Source: Candidatus Dadabacteria bacterium (lineage in GTDB: Bacteria > Desulfobacterota_D > UBA1144 > Nemesobacterales > Nemesobacteraceae). Taken from it: 64,000 bases of DNA. The stretch covers positions 8,030 through 72,029 of the forward strand of contig JAPPAR010000001.1 of the NCBI GenBank assembly GCA_026705445.1, in the 5' to 3' direction. Positions 60,025 to 64,000 of this stretch are shown one piece after another. Every line of letters starts with the position of its first letter. The first letter of the stretch is position 1. Position numbers and translations under genes: made by a program. The notes beneath the pieces were generated by a model. The model was not told where the DNA came from and did not search any database. It saw nothing but the letters and a program-made list of their open reading frames with translations.

Positions 60025-60243
60025 ATGGACCCCGAGAAACAACTTAAGTCCGAGGATAAGAAGAAAGATATAGATGATCAGTCGTTTGAACATCTGCATC
60101 GTAATTTGTTTGACCATCCGAACGACGAAGAATGGAGTGCGACTCGCTCACTGGCCCAACCTTCATTTCTCAAGCAGATTAACAGCCACGGTAGTGCCCA
60201 CAGCCAACCAATGAAGGTTTCCCCAACCACTTCCGAACAATAA
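60025..60243 (+). CDS. Small hypothetical protein
   Basis: AGGAGGAG RBS; TAATG overlap with the downstream protease. Confidence 0.55.
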   Translation: MDPEKQLKSEDKKKDIDDQSFEHLHRNLFDHPNDEEWSATRSLAQPSFLKQINSHGSAHSQPMKVSPTTSEQ

Positions 60244-61151
60244 TGCCTAACTGGTCAGAAGTACTGAACGAGATCAGGAATCTTGACGCTAAACTAATAT
60301 CCCAGTCAGCGCCTGATCAGGTTCGTCGCAAATATCTTAAAAACCTGTTTGAAAAAACCGGTCGCAATACTGTTGCCTACTATTCGGGCTGGCTGTCAAA
60401 GCCCAATATAGAAGGCATTCATATTAACGACGAAGATAAGAACGGCTTTATGATGGCTGTTCATGAGCTTGACCGTTCAGTTGGACTTGACTTAATTCTG
60501 CATACCCCGGGTGGAGAGCTTCACGCAACGGAATCAATTATTCATTATCTTCACCAGATGTTTAATGACGACATTCGCGTTATCGTACCACAGATAGCCA
60601 TGTCGGGTGGTACCCTTATTGCGTGTTCCAGCAAGCAGATACTGATGGGCGCTCATTCAAACCTGGGTCCGATTGATCCACAGTTACGGGGAGTGCCCGC
60701 ATATGGTGTAATTGAGGAATTTCGAACTGCTGCGGCACAGATTAAGGAAGACCCCAGCAAAGTCCATGTTTGGAATCCAATTCTCTCCAAGTATCATCCG
60801 ACATTTCTCAGCCAATGCAAAAACGCAATTGAACATAGCAGCGAAGTTGCCCAAAACTACCTAGAAAGAGTTATGTTTAAGGGTGTTGCTGACAGGAGGA
60901 AGATTGCCGAGAAAATTGTCAAAGGTCTGACTGATTACTCAGGCAACAAATCCCATGCCAGGCACATTCATATCGATGAATGCAAAGCTCTTGGATTAAA
61001 AGTTTCGGAGTTTGAATCCGATCAAGAGCTGCAGGAACTTGTTTTAACCGTGCATCATGCGTTTATCCATACCCTTATGAATACACCATCGGTTAAAATC
61101 ATCGAAAATCACCTTGGTCGAGCTTTGATCAAGACTTTCGTATCAGGGTAG
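60243..61151 (+). CDS. SDH-family Clp-fold (S49-like) serine protease
   Basis: LDLILHTPGG, VP..AMSGGTLIA, LGPIDPQ, SHARHI. Confidence 0.88.
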   Translation: MPNWSEVLNEIRNLDAKLISQSAPDQVRRKYLKNLFEKTGRNTVAYYSGWLSKPNIEGIHINDEDKNGFMMAVHELDRSVGLDLILHTPGGELHATESIIHYLHQMFNDDIRVIVPQIAMSGGTLIACSSKQILMGAHSNLGPIDPQLRGVPAYGVIEEFRTAAAQIKEDPSKVHVWNPILSKYHPTFLSQCKNAIEHSSEVAQNYLERVMFKGVADRRKIAEKIVKGLTDYSGNKSHARHIHIDECKALGLKVSEFESDQELQELVLTVHHAFIHTLMNTPSVKIIENHLGRALIKTFVSG

Positions 61152-61327
61152 CAATAGCCGTTATGGCTAGACTGCTTCAAATAGAGAGTTTTTCCGACAT
61201 TACGACAGGTCTAGGACGGATGAAGCTGCTTAATGCTATGGACAATCTGAATACCTGGAAACGAGGTGACAACCGAAAAATCCTTGCTTTTTCTATCTGC
61301 GCTTGTTGAGCAAGCCGGGAACAATCC

Positions 61328-62860
61328 ATGACAGAAATCTCTCCTCCCGCCACGCCGTTCGGCAAGGCCGGAACCGTGGCGGTAATTGACGTGGGATCGA
61401 ATTCCATACGTCTTGTGATCTACAAGGGCCCTAGGCGCGCCCCGCTTCCGATACTTGATGAGAAGGTTCCCTGCGGCTTGGGGCGCGGGATGGATTCTCA
61501 GGGCAGGATGTCTCCGCAGAGCATGGATCTCGCCCTGCGAACTGTAAGCCGCTTTGTCGATATCGCGCGGTCCATGAGGGTTTCCGGCGGAATAAAGGCG
61601 GTTGCCACCGCTGCGGTGAGAAACGCCGCAAATGGCCCCGATTTCAAAAAGGCCGTTGAGCAGCAATGCGGGATTTCTCTTCGGGTGCTCTCCGGCATGG
61701 ACGAGGCTAGGCTTTCTGCTCTTGGCACTCTCTGCGCTATCCCTGACGCTGACGGCGTAATGGGGGACATAGGCGGCGGAAGCCTTGAATTGGTGGAGAT
61801 CTGCGAGGGGGAAATAGGAAACCACGCTACATTGCCGCTTGGCACGATACCGCTTCTTGAAAGCGGTCTGAGTCCCGTGAAAGCCCGCAAGAAACTGATT
61901 GCCCCCCTCCTTGACGAGCTTCCCTGGCTTGAGAACGCGAAAAAGAAGACCTTCTACGCCGTCGGGGGTTCGTGGAGAGCCTTGGCTAAAAAACACATGG
62001 AGTCTGATGATTACCCGCTTCGAATAGTTCACGGCTACAGTCTTTCCAGATCAAGGGCAGTTGATATGGTCCGGGAGATAGCCGAGATGTCTTCAGGTTC
62101 GCTTCAGGACCTCTGGATTCTGGGGCGAAACAGGGTGGAGTCTGCTCCTTACGCCGCCACGCTTATGAAGAGTCTTTTAAAAAAAACGGACGTTAACAAC
62201 CTTACGTTCTGCACGTACGGGCTTCGGGAGGGATGCATATACGACGATCTTTCCCCGGAGCAGCGTTCTCTGGATCCTCTGGTTGTCATGTGTGAGGAGA
62301 TTGCCCTTAAGATGGGAAGATCCATTGAGGAGGGCAAGGCTTTCTGCAGGTGGATAGATCTGGCGATTCCTGATAAATACTCTAGGGACCCGAGGTTGAG
62401 ACTCGCTGCATGCCATCTCTCGGACATAGGAATTTCCGAGCATCCGGAGTACCGCGCGGAGCAGGTGTTTTTGAGGATACTGCGGATGCCGTTTGTGGGA
62501 ATTGCTCATCCGGAGAGGGTGATGGTAGCTCTGTCGGTGGCCTCAAGGCACGCAGCGATCGGAAACTTGGTCCGTCGCTGGGAAGTCTCGGATTTTCTTT
62601 CCGGAGACGATATTGAAGAAGCTAGGGTTACGGGGCTTGCGCTTCGCCTGGCCTACACGGTTTCAGGAGGAGTGGCGCGGATTCTTGAGAGCACTAGGCT
62701 TGAGAGGACCGGAGAAAAACTTGTTTTACATATGCCTGACCAGATTCCACATCCGGAAACTGTAGGTAGGCGTCTGGGCGCCCTTGCCAAGGCCGTCGGA
62801 TGCGATTACGAGACGATTGCAGGGGAGGTGTCTTTGGTTAGAACAGCAAGATTTATGTAA
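61328..62860 (+). CDS. ppx: Exopolyphosphatase Ppx/GppA
   Basis: IDVGSNSIRL, ATAAVRNA, DIGGGSLEL, GLREG, HD-like LSDIG..HPEYR. Confidence 0.93.
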   Translation: MTEISPPATPFGKAGTVAVIDVGSNSIRLVIYKGPRRAPLPILDEKVPCGLGRGMDSQGRMSPQSMDLALRTVSRFVDIARSMRVSGGIKAVATAAVRNAANGPDFKKAVEQQCGISLRVLSGMDEARLSALGTLCAIPDADGVMGDIGGGSLELVEICEGEIGNHATLPLGTIPLLESGLSPVKARKKLIAPLLDELPWLENAKKKTFYAVGGSWRALAKKHMESDDYPLRIVHGYSLSRSRAVDMVREIAEMSSGSLQDLWILGRNRVESAPYAATLMKSLLKKTDVNNLTFCTYGLREGCIYDDLSPEQRSLDPLVVMCEEIALKMGRSIEEGKAFCRWIDLAIPDKYSRDPRLRLAACHLSDIGISEHPEYRAEQVFLRILRMPFVGIAHPERVMVALSVASRHAAIGNLVRRWEVSDFLSGDDIEEARVTGLALRLAYTVSGGVARILESTRLERTGEKLVLHMPDQIPHPETVGRRLGALAKAVGCDYETIAGEVSLVRTARFM

Positions 62861-62956
62861 GATTTAGAAGATTAAAAGCCTCTGTATATTTACCTTGTAC
62901 TATCGAAAAAAGCTTATAATTCTTACAGAAAATATCAATCAGAAGGGTAAAAGGAA

Positions 62957-63484
62957 TTGAACATCGACTCGCTAATAGACTTTACCAATGAAGCTACTAA
63001 AGAAATAGCCAAGTATAAACGTGATTTTATACTGTCTCAGCCGAAAATGATAAAGAAGGATAAAAAATACATTATTTCTACTCTTGATTGGAACTCTGTT
63101 AGCTATGGTCCTGCAGAAGTGAATAAGGTTCCGAATGATAAACGTGGTATATACGCTTTTGCGATTTGTCAAAAGAGTGCTGTGTTACCGCCACACGGGT
63201 ATATTTTATATATAGGAATTGCGGGTCGTGATTCAAAACGCTCACTTAGAAAGCGCTATAAAGACTACCTGAATGAGCACGAAGTTAGAAAACGTGATGG
63301 GATCGCACGAATGATTGGGACATGGCATAAAGTCCTAAGGTTCTTCTTTGCTCCGGTAGATGACAATGTTTCTTCTGATGATCTCAAGAAATTGGAACAA
63401 CAGTTAAATACGGCACTTATGCCACCGTTCTCTATAAACGATTTGGAAGCTGATACGAAGAGAAAGATAAGGGCGTTCAAGTGA
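62957..63484 (+). CDS. GIY-YIG nuclease-like protein
   Basis: RGIYAF..ILYIGIA..SLRKRY..LEQQL pattern; AT-rich. Confidence 0.7.
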   Translation: MNIDSLIDFTNEATKEIAKYKRDFILSQPKMIKKDKKYIISTLDWNSVSYGPAEVNKVPNDKRGIYAFAICQKSAVLPPHGYILYIGIAGRDSKRSLRKRYKDYLNEHEVRKRDGIARMIGTWHKVLRFFFAPVDDNVSSDDLKKLEQQLNTALMPPFSINDLEADTKRKIRAFK

Positions 63485-64000
63485 GGAAAATCAAGCCAAA
63501 AAAAATTATCTTACCTGCTCTCCGCGGTATTATGGGTGATTGGGTGTACTATTCCTGTCTTTTAGATTTGCGAGAATTGAGTTTAAGAGTTGATTATGCA
63601 AAGGAAATTCATAATAACGAAAAGCTTTCGGACATGATACAGAGAAGGTTAGAAGAGTACCGAGGTAAACTAATTGCCGAATATCTCCATATGCAACCGG
63701 AGCGGTTTTTCAATTCTCTTATTGTTGCTGTATATGGTGGTCAGCCCAATTGGCATGCATTGTCCGATGTTCGGAGTAAAGGGGAGAATGACGAACTCAA
63801 GAACCTTACTGAATCGACTATTGCTTCAGTAGGGTTCTTAACTCTTAGCGGAGACGAGAAACTCTTTGCACTAGATGGACAACACCGGCTTGCGGGCATC
63901 AAAAAGGCCATCGAAGATGGCCTCATTCAAGATACTTATGATGAGGTATCAGTTATCTTGGTTGCGCATAAGAATACAAAAAGAGGTTTAGAAAGGACAC
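63481..64000 (+). CDS. DGQHR (DndB-like) domain protein, partial (runs off the right edge; absent from the ORF track)
   Basis: Manual translation from GTG 63481: ...PALRGIMGDWVYYS..MIQR..ERFFNSLIVAVYGG..LFALDGQHRLAGIK. Confidence 0.88.
   Translation, partial: MRKIKPKKIILPALRGIMGDWVYYSCLLDLRELSLRVDYAKEIHNNEKLSDMIQRRLEEYRGKLIAEYLHMQPERFFNSLIVAVYGGQPNWHALSDVRSKGENDELKNLTESTIASVGFLTLSGDEKLFALDGQHRLAGIKKAIEDGLIQDTYDEVSVILVAHKNTKRGLERT

Noticed and set aside
1-64000. CRISPR array associated with the TnpB (Cas12-like system)
   Set aside because: No regularly spaced direct repeats seen near tnpB or in any intergenic region

Overview
A bacterial chromosomal window that is mostly housekeeping genes: gap-pgk-fbaB/fbp, methylmalonyl-CoA mutase plus meaB, queCE, thyX, xseA, cca, the Fo genes atpZ-I-B-E, hemL, pal/cpoB, ispE, tRNA-Gln, pcrA/uvrD, selO, dnaE and the polyphosphate genes. 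F420-related genes, the split atp operon and secreted SRCR/Ig-like and Cache proteins suggest a Deltaproteobacteria-like marine invertebrate (sponge) symbiont such as Dadabacteria; this is inference only. Several small accessory islets interrupt the core. The most striking is a 1285-bp element (6031-7315) that holds only an intact tnpB. It is bounded by 23-bp terminal inverted repeats and an imperfect 8-bp target duplication, which is DDE/IS1595-like architecture rather than IS200/IS605-like. It is inserted at the start of argC and supplies argC with a replacement in-frame start codon. Other islets are an ABC-ATPase + PIN-like pair, hipBA with a perfect operator repeat, a eukaryote-like SRCR gene with a truncated duplicate, a small-ORF + Clp-fold protease islet flanked by a decayed copy of the ppx 5' end, and a GIY-YIG + DGQHR pair at the right edge. 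ppk1 carries an in-frame amber stop, and two apparent pseudo-enzymes (a sirtuin and an AMP-binding protein) are present. No CRISPR array or rRNA was seen. All product calls come from motif recognition, not database searches.
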